Notes under the pieces: model-generated
The model's input: the letters and a program-made list of their open reading frames with translations, nothing else
Database searches by the model: none
What the model was told of the DNA's origin: nothing
Shown: positions 1 through 9,579 of the stretch, piece by piece
Numbering within the stretch: the stretch's first letter is position 1
Layout: each line of letters starts with the position of its first letter
Assembly (NCBI GenBank): GCA_964582865.1
Contig: CAZOUA010000009.1
Coordinates: forward strand, 1,341 to 65,340
DNA length: 64,000 nt
Source of the DNA: an uncultured Nitrospira sp.
GTDB taxonomy: Bacteria; Nitrospirota; Nitrospiria; Nitrospirales; Nitrospiraceae
Direction: 5' to 3'
Position numbers and translations under genes: made by a program

Positions 1-12
1 GGGAGCCGGTCG

Positions 13-255
13 CTAGAGGGTCCGTCGGGACCGAGTAATCAGCAGCGCGGCCAGGCTTCCGATAGCCAGTCCCCCCAAGAAAATCGCTCCTGCAGCCCAG
101 CCCCAGGCGGGATCGCGCAGTTGTTTGCTTTGTCGCCGCAGTTCATTACCGAGGTTCGGCATATGCGATTCAGCTCCCAGCCATTCACCGGCGGGAGGAT
201 TAGCCTGCCATTGAGTGCCTGTCCTCATTGAGTCTCTTTCTATCAATTGCCCCAC
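13..255 (-). CDS. small tail-anchored membrane protein (hypothetical)
   Basis: 80-aa ORF. The C-terminal hydrophobic stretch WGWAAGAIFLGGLAIGSLAALLI followed by RSRR resembles the tail anchor of ElaB/DUF883-type proteins. Start is uncertain (M1 or M10) and there is no other support. Confidence 0.35.
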   Translation of the reverse strand: MGQLIERDSMRTGTQWQANPPAGEWLGAESHMPNLGNELRRQSKQLRDPAWGWAAGAIFLGGLAIGSLAALLITRSRRTL

Positions 256-291
256 AGCATTTCTCGCATCGATTCGAATCTGATCGGATCT

Positions 292-999
292 CTAGCCAGC
301 AGCCCGTTGTCCCTCGGTAAACCTGGTCCACAGCTCTCGGGCATGGGATATCGACGCCGGTTCGTATTCGGCACATTCCAGCCGTAAGGCTTGATCACCG
401 AACGGTGCATTTATGTAATCACAATGATGCGGTTGCTCGGCATTGTCATATTGATACGGACGGAAATATCGACAGGAAACGCACATCCGTGCGACTGAGA
501 TTTCTCCCTGGTCCTGCAGTGTCCGAATGACCTTTACCATCCCCATCAAGAATGAGACCTGCTCGGCTACGGACAATGTGCTAATCGCGGTGGCAAGTTG
601 ATTCGGCATGCCCACCGACGGCGCGCAGGCCCGCTCGCCGCGTGCGGTCAACTCCACCGTGACGATCCGGCCATCGCGCATCGAACGCCGCCGCTTGACC
701 AAGCGCTTGCCTTCAAGCGTCGCGACAGCCTCCGAAGCGGTCGGCAAACGGACGACCAATTCTTCGGCAATCGCAGATACTTGCGCACTCTTATTCGGTT
801 TGGTACGGAGAAGGGTCAACACTTGACGCTGCAGGGGTCCGAGCCCGGCTCGACCTTCCCGGCGCCAAGTCCGGCTCTTCATCGCCAGTCCGATCTTCTC
901 AAATCCCGCTGCCAGGTGCATAGTGATCGGAAGACGATCAATGATTCCTAATTTCTTCGATGAACCTGTTGTCTGATTGAAAACCCGTAGTTCAGCCAT
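292..999 (-). CDS. MarR-family winged-helix transcriptional regulator with Cys/His-rich C-terminal extension
   Basis: ATG at 999 is preceded by GAAGGA; the longer ORF-track form (to 1164) would abut the tRNA. MarR-like core (LGPLQRQVLTLL..SAQVSAIAEELVVRLPTASEAVATLEGKRLVKRRRS..DGRIVTVELTARGE) plus a tail CVSC..HHC..LEC. Confidence 0.75.
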   Translation of the reverse strand: MAELRVFNQTTGSSKKLGIIDRLPITMHLAAGFEKIGLAMKSRTWRREGRAGLGPLQRQVLTLLRTKPNKSAQVSAIAEELVVRLPTASEAVATLEGKRLVKRRRSMRDGRIVTVELTARGERACAPSVGMPNQLATAISTLSVAEQVSFLMGMVKVIRTLQDQGEISVARMCVSCRYFRPYQYDNAEQPHHCDYINAPFGDQALRLECAEYEPASISHARELWTRFTEGQRAAG

Positions 1000-1164
1000 A
1001 GGATTCCTTCGAAAATGCAAGCATTTCAGTCTAGTGCGAACAACAATCTCCGTCAAGCCCCCATCAGGGTGAAGGCGTCTGAACTCCCCGGCTTGGAAGG
1101 GCAGACATCGCACGTTGTGCAAAATGGAGAGTGGGGACAAAGGTTCTCCAATTGGAGAACCCAA

Positions 1165-1240
1165 TGGTGAGCCGCCTGGGACTCGAACCCAGGGCCCTCG
1201 CCTTAAAAGGGCGATGCTCTACCGTCTGAGCTAGCGGCTC
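1165..1240 (-). tRNA. tRNA-Lys (anticodon UUU)
   Basis: Hand-folded 76-nt cloverleaf: GAGCCGC-TA-GCTC-AGACGGTA-GAGC-A-TCGCC-CTTTTAA-GGCGA-GGGCC-CTGGG-TTCGAGT-CCCAG-GCGGCTC-A-CCA. The anticodon loop CTTTTAA gives UUU. CCA is encoded. Confidence 0.9.
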
Positions 1241-1339
1241 ACCTGATGGAAGGTGCGGATTCTATCACTCTCTCTTGGTCTGTGCCTAGCAGGATACTGA
1301 CAGTGATTGTTAACGGCATGTCGAAAGGGATATCGTCCC

Positions 1340-2719
<1,380 letters not shown>

Positions 2720-2806
2720 TCATGGTAGGGGTCCCTCCCCTGTTTGTCAAGAACCAGTCATTCATCCCTCTCGCCATCCCAATCCCTATCCCAGTGGCGC
2801 GCCTCG

Positions 2807-2853
2807 GTCTGATCTTCTTGCTCGTGCGCGTTGCACGAGCAAGAAGATCAGAC
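2807..2853. repeat. perfect 21-bp inverted repeat (stem-loop, 5-nt loop)
   Basis: gtctgatcttcttgctcgtgc (2807-2827) / gcgtt / gcacgagcaagaagatcagac (2833-2853). The arms are exact reverse complements. It lies in the divergent purA / tRNA-Ala spacer. Confidence 0.9.
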
Positions 2854-2951
2854 GCGGTGAGCCTCCCCAACTTTCTTGACTGGCTGCCGGTTGCAGTGTT
2901 AGGATCACCGCGATTTCACGGTGCTTTTTCCTTGTTCAGAAGAACCAGAGT

Positions 2952-3027
2952 GGGGCTGTAGCGCAGTTGGGAGCGCGCGTGAATGGCATTCACGAGGTCG
3001 CCGGTTCAATCCCGGCCAGCTCCACCA
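2952..3027 (+). tRNA. tRNA-Ala (anticodon GGC)
   Basis: Hand-folded 76-nt cloverleaf: GGGGCTG-TA-GCGC-AGTTGGGA-GCGC-G-CGTGA-ATGGCAT-TCACG-AGGTC-GCCGG-TTCAATC-CCGGC-CAGCTCC-A-CCA. It has the G3:U70 Ala identity pair, and CCA is encoded. Confidence 0.9.
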
Positions 3028-3176
3028 AACCTCAACGCCGGGCAGGAGGCGAACGGCAAGGGGCTAGAAGGTACAGAGCATCTTTCGGACTAGGCTCCTG
3101 GTCTCACGCCGAACTGGCCTCTTCATTTCCTCACCTCTAGCCTCGCGCCGCTAGCCCCGAGCCTGTCCAGAAATTC

Positions 3177-5018
3177 ATGCTTCAAGTCGAATCGGTTCAT
3201 AAGCAGTTTTCAACCAAAGTCTTGTTTGACGAGGCCTCGGCGCATCTGCGGCCACAGACACGGGTGGGACTTGTCGGACCGAACGGCACGGGCAAAACCA
3301 CCCTGTTCAAGATGATTCTGGGCGAAGAGTCTCCCGACGAAGGCACAATACGCAAGCGCCCGCGCCTGCGTATCGGGTACCTTCCCCAGGAACTCGAAAC
3401 GATCATCGGGAAAACCGCACTCGATGCCGCTCACCGAGATGAGTATCCGGAGCATGAAGCGAAACGGATTCTCTCGGGACTCGGATTCAGCGAAGCCGAT
3501 TTCGCCAGACCGGTTGAGAACCTCTCCGGCGGTTACCGCATGCGTGTCGCGCTGGCCCACCTGCTGCTCTCCAATCCGGACGTGCTCATGTTGGACGAGC
3601 CGACGAACCATTTGGACAAGCCGACCCAGCGTTGGTTCGAAGAGTTTCTGCTCAACTCGAAGCTCACGTTGCTCGTCATCAGCCACGACACCGCCTTTCT
3701 CGACCGGATTGCGACCCACATCTGGGAAATCCGGGACAGGAAGATCCAAGAGTTTCGCGGAAACTACACCAAGTTTCGTGAATTGCGGGCCGAACGCGAC
3801 GCCCAGCTCCAGGCTGCGGCGAGTCGGCAGTCCAAGGAAGTGGCGCGGGTCCAGCAATTTGTCGACCGGTTCCGCTATCAGGCGAACAAGGCCAAGCAGG
3901 TGCAGTCACGCATCAAACAACTGGAGAAGGTGAAGCTGATCGAACTCCAGCGCGACGCCAAGCGGGTGAAGTTTCGGTTTCCCCTGCCCTCGACGAGCGG
4001 TCGTCATGTGCTGGAACTCAAGGGTGTGAGCAAGCAATATGGCGAGAAGATCGTCTACCCATCGCTGGATTTTTCTGTCGAACGCAGCCAGCGCATCGCC
4101 CTTGTCGGTGAAAACGGCGCGGGGAAAAGCACGCTCCTCAAGATGCTGGCCGGCGTCCTGCCTCCGGACAAGGGCACAAGAACGGTCGGCCACGGCGTCA
4201 CACTCCACTACTTCGCTCAACATCAGGCGGAAACGCTGAATCCCGAGCACACGATTCTGGAGTCACTGGCCGAAGTGTCCAGCACAGCGGAGACGAATTT
4301 CCTGCGCGGGTTGGCCGGAGCGTTCTTGTTTTCCGGACCCGACCAGAAAAAACCGGTCAAAGCGCTCAGCGGCGGCGAACGAAACCGTGTGGCGCTGGCA
4401 AGAATGTTGGTCGAGCCGGCCAATACATTGTTGCTCGACGAACCGACCAATCACCTCGACCCCGCATCGGTCGACGTGCTGACCGACGCGCTTACGGAGT
4501 TTCCCGGCACAATTATTTTCATTTCCCACGATCCGACATTCTTGACCCGCATCTCTACCCGCATCGTGGAGATTGAGGAGGGCAAAGCCAGGAATTTCTT
4601 CGGCGACTACGAATACTACTTGTGGAAGAAAGCGCAGGAGTTCGAATCGATCAAGGAGTCGAGCGAAGAGTTGACGGGGAACCATCCTGGGAAGCCGTCC
4701 GGACCGACGAAGGCAATGGCGGCGCAGAGCCAACCAAAATCATCGTCGGGAGACCGACGCGACCTGAATAAAACGCAGGCTCGATTGGAGAAACAGGTGG
4801 CGCGGGCAGAGAACGACATCGCAGAGCATGAGGCCAAGATCAAAGAGCGTGATCAGATCCTTGCGGACCCGGCGCTGTACAAAGAATTTGCGAAATGGAA
4901 CGGCCTCCATCAGGAACAGGACGCGTGGAAGAAAGAGCTCGAACGTTTGACCGCGCGGTGGGAATCGCTTTCGGCGGAACTATCGGAAGTGAAGCAGAAA
5001 CTTCAGGCCATCGGCTAA
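3177..5018 (+). CDS. ABC-F family ATPase (two ABC domains, no TMD, C-terminal coiled coil)
   Basis: 613 aa. Two Walker A motifs (GPNGTGKTT, GENGAGKST), two signatures (LSGGYRMR, LSGGERNR), two Walker B motifs (LMLDEPTNHLD, LLLDEPTNHLD) and a charged helical tail. Confidence 0.9.
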   Translation: MLQVESVHKQFSTKVLFDEASAHLRPQTRVGLVGPNGTGKTTLFKMILGEESPDEGTIRKRPRLRIGYLPQELETIIGKTALDAAHRDEYPEHEAKRILSGLGFSEADFARPVENLSGGYRMRVALAHLLLSNPDVLMLDEPTNHLDKPTQRWFEEFLLNSKLTLLVISHDTAFLDRIATHIWEIRDRKIQEFRGNYTKFRELRAERDAQLQAAASRQSKEVARVQQFVDRFRYQANKAKQVQSRIKQLEKVKLIELQRDAKRVKFRFPLPSTSGRHVLELKGVSKQYGEKIVYPSLDFSVERSQRIALVGENGAGKSTLLKMLAGVLPPDKGTRTVGHGVTLHYFAQHQAETLNPEHTILESLAEVSSTAETNFLRGLAGAFLFSGPDQKKPVKALSGGERNRVALARMLVEPANTLLLDEPTNHLDPASVDVLTDALTEFPGTIIFISHDPTFLTRISTRIVEIEEGKARNFFGDYEYYLWKKAQEFESIKESSEELTGNHPGKPSGPTKAMAAQSQPKSSSGDRRDLNKTQARLEKQVARAENDIAEHEAKIKERDQILADPALYKEFAKWNGLHQEQDAWKKELERLTARWESLSAELSEVKQKLQAIG

Positions 5019-5404
5019 GAGGACGACTTAATCGTCTCTTCAAGGTAGTAATACAGCCACTTATTTTTCTCTTTCGTTACCACGTCATCCCAGACCACCC
5101 CGATCAGGAACCCTTTTTCCCAGGGTTTTACCCACGCCACAGTCCCATCAAGCTTCTCCTGCTGCTCCACGCGTTCGGCGTCAAGGAACGCGAGCGACAC
5201 AGTCACTTTCTCGGCCATCCCCAGCTTTTCCTTCGCGTGCAAGCCGGCACCGACCTTGTTCACGTTATCCAGCACGGCTGTGATCGCTTTCGCACCACTC
5301 TTTGGAGAAACCAATGCCGATCCCACCAAGGTGGCGCGCACAAGCCTACGCCGTTCGTTGGTGGCAGCCATTGTAGGATTAGGCTTGGATTCTGAGCGTT
5401 TCAT
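5015..5404 (-). CDS. hypothetical protein
   Basis: 129-aa ORF that fills the gap downstream of rarA on the same strand, with protein-like composition. I recognise no SD and no family. Its stop overlaps the ABC-F stop. Confidence 0.45.
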   Translation of the reverse strand: MKRSESKPNPTMAATNERRRLVRATLVGSALVSPKSGAKAITAVLDNVNKVGAGLHAKEKLGMAEKVTVSLAFLDAERVEQQEKLDGTVAWVKPWEKGFLIGVVWDDVVTKEKNKWLYYYLEETIKSSS

Positions 5405-5454
5405 GGGTCTAAGTATAACCGATTAGAAATCTTTGTCCACAGGCAAGAAATACC

Positions 5455-6744
5455 TCATTTCCCCTTCGGCCGGTAGTATTTCCGGCCTCTGAGCGTCTCT
5501 GGAAGATGCTCCTGCTCGTTACTGGCCTGTGGATCGTCGTGCGCGTAGCGGTAGCCTTTCCCATACCCCAAACCGCGCATCATGGACGTCACCGCATTCC
5601 GAAGATGGAGCGGAACGCCAAGGTTTCCATGGGCTTGGGCATCTTGCATCGCTTCAAGCAGTCCAATGTAGGACGCGTTATCTTTGGGTCTTGTCGCCAA
5701 ATACGTGGTCCCATGGGCCAGATTGATCTGCGCCTCCGGAAGCCCGACGAACTGAACGGCTTGAGCCACGGCGTTGGCCAGCAGTAAACCGGACGGATCG
5801 GCGTTGCCGATGTCCTCCGACGCGAAAATCACCATCCGCCGGGCAATGAATTTGGGATCTTCGCCCGCTTCCAGCATCCTGGCAAGCCAGTAGAGCGCGC
5901 CGTCAGGATCAGAATCCCGCAGGCTTTTAATGTAGGCGGAAATGACATTGTAATGCTCCTCACCCGATTTATCGTAGCGAAGGGATTTCCGCGCCAGCGC
6001 GGCATCGACTGCAGGACCGTCAATGGCTCGTGTGCCGTCCGGCTTAGCCGGCTGCTGCGTCACGACAAATTCCAATGCCGTCAGAAGCACCCTCGCATCG
6101 CCGTTCCCAAAGGCAACCAGTCGCTGTCGAGCCTCCGGCGAGAGCCGGGGATTCCATTTCCCTACTCCGATCGAAGAGTCGGAGAGTGCCCGATCCAGAA
6201 TCTGTCCCAACGCCTCATCGGAAAGCGGTTTCAGGACAACGACCAAGGAGCGCGAGAGCAAGGGGCTGATCACCTCGAATGACGGGTTTTCGGTCGTGGC
6301 GCCGACCAGGATAATCGTACCCCGTTCCACATGAGGGAGAAAGGCATCTTGTTGTGCCTTGTTGAAACGGTGGATTTCATCGACGAACAAGATCGTTCGC
6401 TGACCGTTGATTGCCTGGCGCTGTTCCGCGGCCTTGATGATCGTGCGCAACTCCGGCACGCCGCTCGTGACCGCGGAGAAAGGAACGAACTGCGCCTTTG
6501 TGTAACGCGCGATGAGATGGGCCAACGTCGTCTTCCCCGAGCCCGGCGGTCCCCAGAAAATGACGGAAGACAGCCGGTCGGCCTCAATAGCCCGTCGCAA
6601 CGGACGATCCTGCGCCGTGATCTCGTCCTGCCCGACAAAATCGGCGAACTCGCGCGGCCGCATCCGCTCGGCCAAAGGCGCTTCAACGGCTCTCTCACCT
6701 TCGGGAATAGCAAACAGATCTGGCGCCTGGTCGCGTGAAGCCAT
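5455..6744 (-). CDS. rarA: replication-associated recombination protein A (AAA+ ATPase)
   Basis: Walker A GPPGSGKTT, Walker B ILFVDEIHRFNK, and a MgsA C-terminal region (YDKSGEEHYNVISA..KSLRDSDPDGALYWLARM). ATG at 6744 has a GAGGA upstream; the ORF-track start at 6759 is TTG. Confidence 0.93.
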   Translation of the reverse strand: MASRDQAPDLFAIPEGERAVEAPLAERMRPREFADFVGQDEITAQDRPLRRAIEADRLSSVIFWGPPGSGKTTLAHLIARYTKAQFVPFSAVTSGVPELRTIIKAAEQRQAINGQRTILFVDEIHRFNKAQQDAFLPHVERGTIILVGATTENPSFEVISPLLSRSLVVVLKPLSDEALGQILDRALSDSSIGVGKWNPRLSPEARQRLVAFGNGDARVLLTALEFVVTQQPAKPDGTRAIDGPAVDAALARKSLRYDKSGEEHYNVISAYIKSLRDSDPDGALYWLARMLEAGEDPKFIARRMVIFASEDIGNADPSGLLLANAVAQAVQFVGLPEAQINLAHGTTYLATRPKDNASYIGLLEAMQDAQAHGNLGVPLHLRNAVTSMMRGLGYGKGYRYAHDDPQASNEQEHLPETLRGRKYYRPKGK

Positions 6745-6825
6745 CGTCCAAGTCCTCAAGGATGGCGTGAATTGTATACGCTGACCTTCGTGATCGCAAA
6801 CAGCTCTTGACCATAATCTCCGCCG

Positions 6826-7656
6826 ATGCTACGAACAGCGGCAGCCTCGGAGGAGATGGTGCAAACTCGGATCAACGGCGTCATGCTCGCCTACAGTGAC
6901 AAGGGAACCGGCATCCCTCTCGTCTTTCTTCATGCCTTCCCCTTGAATCGGACCATGTGGACCGCGCAGGAGGAGGCATTTTCGCCGCGATTCAGGGTCA
7001 TTACGATCGACCTGCGCGGGCATGGTGAATCGGAGGCACCCCTCTGGCATTACACCCTCGAACAGGCCGCCGATGATGTGAGGGCCTTGTTGGATCACCT
7101 CTCGATCCGGCAAGCGCTGTTCGTCGGCCTTTCAATGGGAGGCTACATTCTCTTTTCGTTCTATCGGAAATATGCCGAATGCGTGAAGGGAATGGTGCTG
7201 GCCGATACGAGAGCGCAGGCCGACACGGCGGAAGGAAGAGAAGGGCGCTTTCAGATGGCGCAGATCGCGTATAAGAAGGGGCCCGGCGCGATCGCCGATA
7301 TCATGATCCCGAAACTCCTGAGCCCTGCGACAGTTCAGACAAGGCCGGAGATCGTTCGGCGTGTGCGGAGCATGATCGAAAGCAACCAGGTCAGCGGGAT
7401 TGCGGGAGACCTCATGGCCATGGCCGAACGATCCGATTCGATCCCTCTCCTAAGCCAGATCGCCTGCCCCACCCAAATCATTGTCGGCGGACTCGATCAA
7501 GCGACCCCGCCGTCTGATGCAAAGCTGATGGCGGAGCAGATTCCAGGATCGCAATTGGCGCTGATTCCCAACGCTGCCCACCTGGCCAACCTCGAACAGC
7601 CGGAGGCGTTCAATCAGATTGTTGCTTCGTTTCTTTCGACTCAGGCCAGCCTCTAA
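6826..7656 (+). CDS. alpha/beta-fold hydrolase
   Basis: 276 aa. HG oxyanion motif (LVFLHAFPL), nucleophile elbow GLSMGG, and a C-terminal His region ([14 protein letters not shown]). Resembles the 3-oxoadipate enol-lactonase family. Start at 6826 or 6856. Confidence 0.85.
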   Translation: MLRTAAASEEMVQTRINGVMLAYSDKGTGIPLVFLHAFPLNRTMWTAQEEAFSPRFRVITIDLRGHGESEAPLWHYTLEQAADDVRALLDHLSIRQALFVGLSMGGYILFSFYRKYAECVKGMVLADTRAQADTAEGREGRFQMAQIAYKKGPGAIADIMIPKLLSPATVQTRPEIVRRVRSMIESNQVSGIAGDLMAMAERSDSIPLLSQIACPTQIIVGGLDQATPPSDAKLMAEQIPGSQLALIPNAAHLANLEQPEAFNQIVASFLSTQASL

Positions 7657-8300
7657 TCGAAATCGCCCACGCTGCCTCGGCGGATCAGCTTCAAGAATTC
7701 CAGGCGGGTTTGCTGCTGGGTGCGGAAGGCTCCGAGCATCGAACTGCTGACGGCCACGGTGTTCTGTTTTTCCACTCCACGCATCATCATGCAGAGGTGG
7801 CGCGCTTCCACGACAACGCCTACCCCATTCGCGTTGAGTTTCGACTGGAGCGTTTCGGCGATCTGGACCGTCAGCCGCTCCTGCACTTGAAGCCGTCTGG
7901 CAAACGTGTCCACGATGCGCGGGATCTTGCTCAGGCCCACGACTTTCTTGTTCGGCAGGTAGCCCACATGCACCTTGCCGAAAAACGGCAGCAGGTGGTG
8001 CTCGCACATGCTGAAAAAGTCGATGTCCTTCACGATCACCATCTCGTCGTACTCAATCGGGAACAGGGCCCCGTTCAGAAGATGATCAATATTGCGTTGG
8101 TAGCCTTGAGTCATAAAGGCCAGCGCCTTGGCCACCCGTTCCGGCGTTTTGAGCAAACCGTTGCGGCCCGGCTTCTCGCCGAGTGCGAGCAACATCTCGG
8201 TGACCAGCGACTGCAGGACTGCCAAATCCGGCGGTCTCCCGGCTCCGTGTACGTCTTCGACTTGCCGCCGGCGTCCCTGCGTTCGCCCCCGCTTAGCCAT
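7653..8300 (-). CDS. folE: GTP cyclohydrolase I
   Basis: Motifs [33 protein letters not shown] and HLCMMMRGV are typical FolE. ATG at 8300 overlaps the upstream stop as ATGGCTAA. The ORF-track start at 8378 is probably an N-terminal over-extension. Confidence 0.92.
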   Translation of the reverse strand: MAKRGRTQGRRRQVEDVHGAGRPPDLAVLQSLVTEMLLALGEKPGRNGLLKTPERVAKALAFMTQGYQRNIDHLLNGALFPIEYDEMVIVKDIDFFSMCEHHLLPFFGKVHVGYLPNKKVVGLSKIPRIVDTFARRLQVQERLTVQIAETLQSKLNANGVGVVVEARHLCMMMRGVEKQNTVAVSSSMLGAFRTQQQTRLEFLKLIRRGSVGDFD

Positions 8301-8721
8301 GCGATCCCCCCATGAGCTGCGTTGCTCCTGCATATTCGAAGTAATTATCTCTGGTCTCGATGACCCCGACCTTTTCAAGATGCCCTGCCGGCAATTGCGT
8401 CACCAGCACGTCCCAAATCAGCTTCACGAGGTTCTCCCCGGTCGTTGTCTGCTCTGCGAAGGCCGGATCTTGGTTCAAATCGTGATGATCGAAGCGTCTC
8501 ACGATAGCTTCATCCACCACGCGATCGAGCCGGTCGAGGTCGCGCGCCTCCTGACTTCCACCGCTCGTGACGGTGACCAGCACCACGTAATTGTGGCCGT
8601 GTCCGTTGGGATTATTACACTTCCCGAAGGCGGCCCAATTCTCCTCGGGGGTCAGATGATCCGTGTGCAATCGGTGCGCAGCGCAAAACCGATAGCGCCT
8701 GATGACGCTGACTTGTGCCAT
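8293..8721 (-). CDS. queD: COG0720 6-carboxy-/6-pyruvoyl-tetrahydropterin synthase
   Basis: 142 aa. FCAAHRL and [13 protein letters not shown] catalytic motifs. Translationally coupled to folE. QueD versus PTPS specificity cannot be decided from sequence by eye. Confidence 0.9.
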   Translation of the reverse strand: MAQVSVIRRYRFCAAHRLHTDHLTPEENWAAFGKCNNPNGHGHNYVVLVTVTSGGSQEARDLDRLDRVVDEAIVRRFDHHDLNQDPAFAEQTTTGENLVKLIWDVLVTQLPAGHLEKVGVIETRDNYFEYAGATQLMGGSHG

Positions 8722-8832
8722 AGCTCCCGCAGACCCCCAAAAAGAGAAGCCAGGATCACCCGTTTTCGAGCAATCCTGGCTTCCTCATTCCAATCCTATT
8801 GTCGGCGCTCGTCCGGCAAACCCGTAAGCCGC

Positions 8833-9153
8833 TTATGCGCTGAAAGAGCTGCCGCAACCGCAAGTCGTCTTGGCTTGCGGATTCTTGATCGAGAACCCGG
8901 AGCCCTGCACGCTGTCGACATAGTCGACTTCGGCACCCTGAAGCAGCGGCGCGCTCTGAGAATCCATGATCACCTTGACGTCGCCTTTTTCGATGACAGT
9001 GTCGTCGTCGGCCATCTTGGACTCGAACGCCATGCCGTATTGATAGCCGTGGCATCCGCCGCCACGGACGTAAATCCGCAAGCCGACGATATCTTTTTCT
9101 TCCGTCATCAATTCCTTGATCTTCTGCTCGGCCACCGTCGTAATCGTAACCAT
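8833..9153 (-). CDS. erpA: iron-sulfur cluster insertion protein (HesB/IscA/ErpA family)
   Basis: 106 aa. GGGCHGYQY and C-terminal TCGCGSSFSA are the three conserved Cys of A-type carriers. A strong SD (GAAGGAGGAC) precedes the ATG. Confidence 0.9.
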   Translation of the reverse strand: MVTITTVAEQKIKELMTEEKDIVGLRIYVRGGGCHGYQYGMAFESKMADDDTVIEKGDVKVIMDSQSAPLLQGAEVDYVDSVQGSGFSIKNPQAKTTCGCGSSFSA

Positions 9154-9219
9154 CGTTGTCCTCCTTCTCGTCAGACCGGCCTTCTGGACCCGTCCGGATT
9201 GGCTTAGTGTAACACCTCT

Positions 9220-9567
9220 TTACCGAATATCAACACCCTGCGCCTCTGACTTGTCCGTGGTCGGCGCCGCCCACTTCGTTTCCGGCACTTTCACCACCAC
9301 ATCGCCCAATACCTTGGCCTGGCATCCGAGCCTGTGCCAGGGCTCGCTGAGAGCCTCCCGATCCAACAGGTCTTGCTCCTCGAAATCGATCTCAGACAGA
9401 TGCTCGGCGCCGCTTTGCACCTCCACCCGACAGGTAGTGCAGGAGGCGTTGCCCCCGCAATCGTGGTTCAGGGAGAAGCCCAATTCTTTCGCCGCATCCA
9501 GTAAGGTCGTGTTTCGTGGAACCGTGCCGCTCTTACCCTGCGGATGCACAAATGTCACGCGCGGCAT
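9220..9567 (-). CDS. [2Fe-2S] ferredoxin, adrenodoxin/vertebrate type
   Basis: 115 aa. Cys pattern C-x5-C-x2-C-x35-C (HDCGGNASCTTC ... LGC). Starts 12 nt downstream of the NuoF-like gene. Confidence 0.85.
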   Translation of the reverse strand: MPRVTFVHPQGKSGTVPRNTTLLDAAKELGFSLNHDCGGNASCTTCRVEVQSGAEHLSEIDFEEQDLLDREALSEPWHRLGCQAKVLGDVVVKVPETKWAAPTTDKSEAQGVDIR

Positions 9568-9579
9568 CGCCAGCCCCCT

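Noticed and set aside
8301-8378. Longer N-termini offered by the ORF track for folE (also rarA 6759, lipoprotein 18091, DUF3365 38471, RR 53814, TetR 59673, SDR 31494, grxD 33563, fkpA 44393, arsI-like 52767, 58870-ORF 59517)
   Set aside because: In each case an internal ATG or GTG with an SD coincides with the start of family similarity or of the signal peptide. Several of the long forms start at TTG or overlap the upstream gene.
8128-9207. 359-aa ORF on the + strand spanning folE/queD/erpA
   Set aside because: It runs antisense across three well-supported genes and an intergenic spacer, and has no recognisable motifs.
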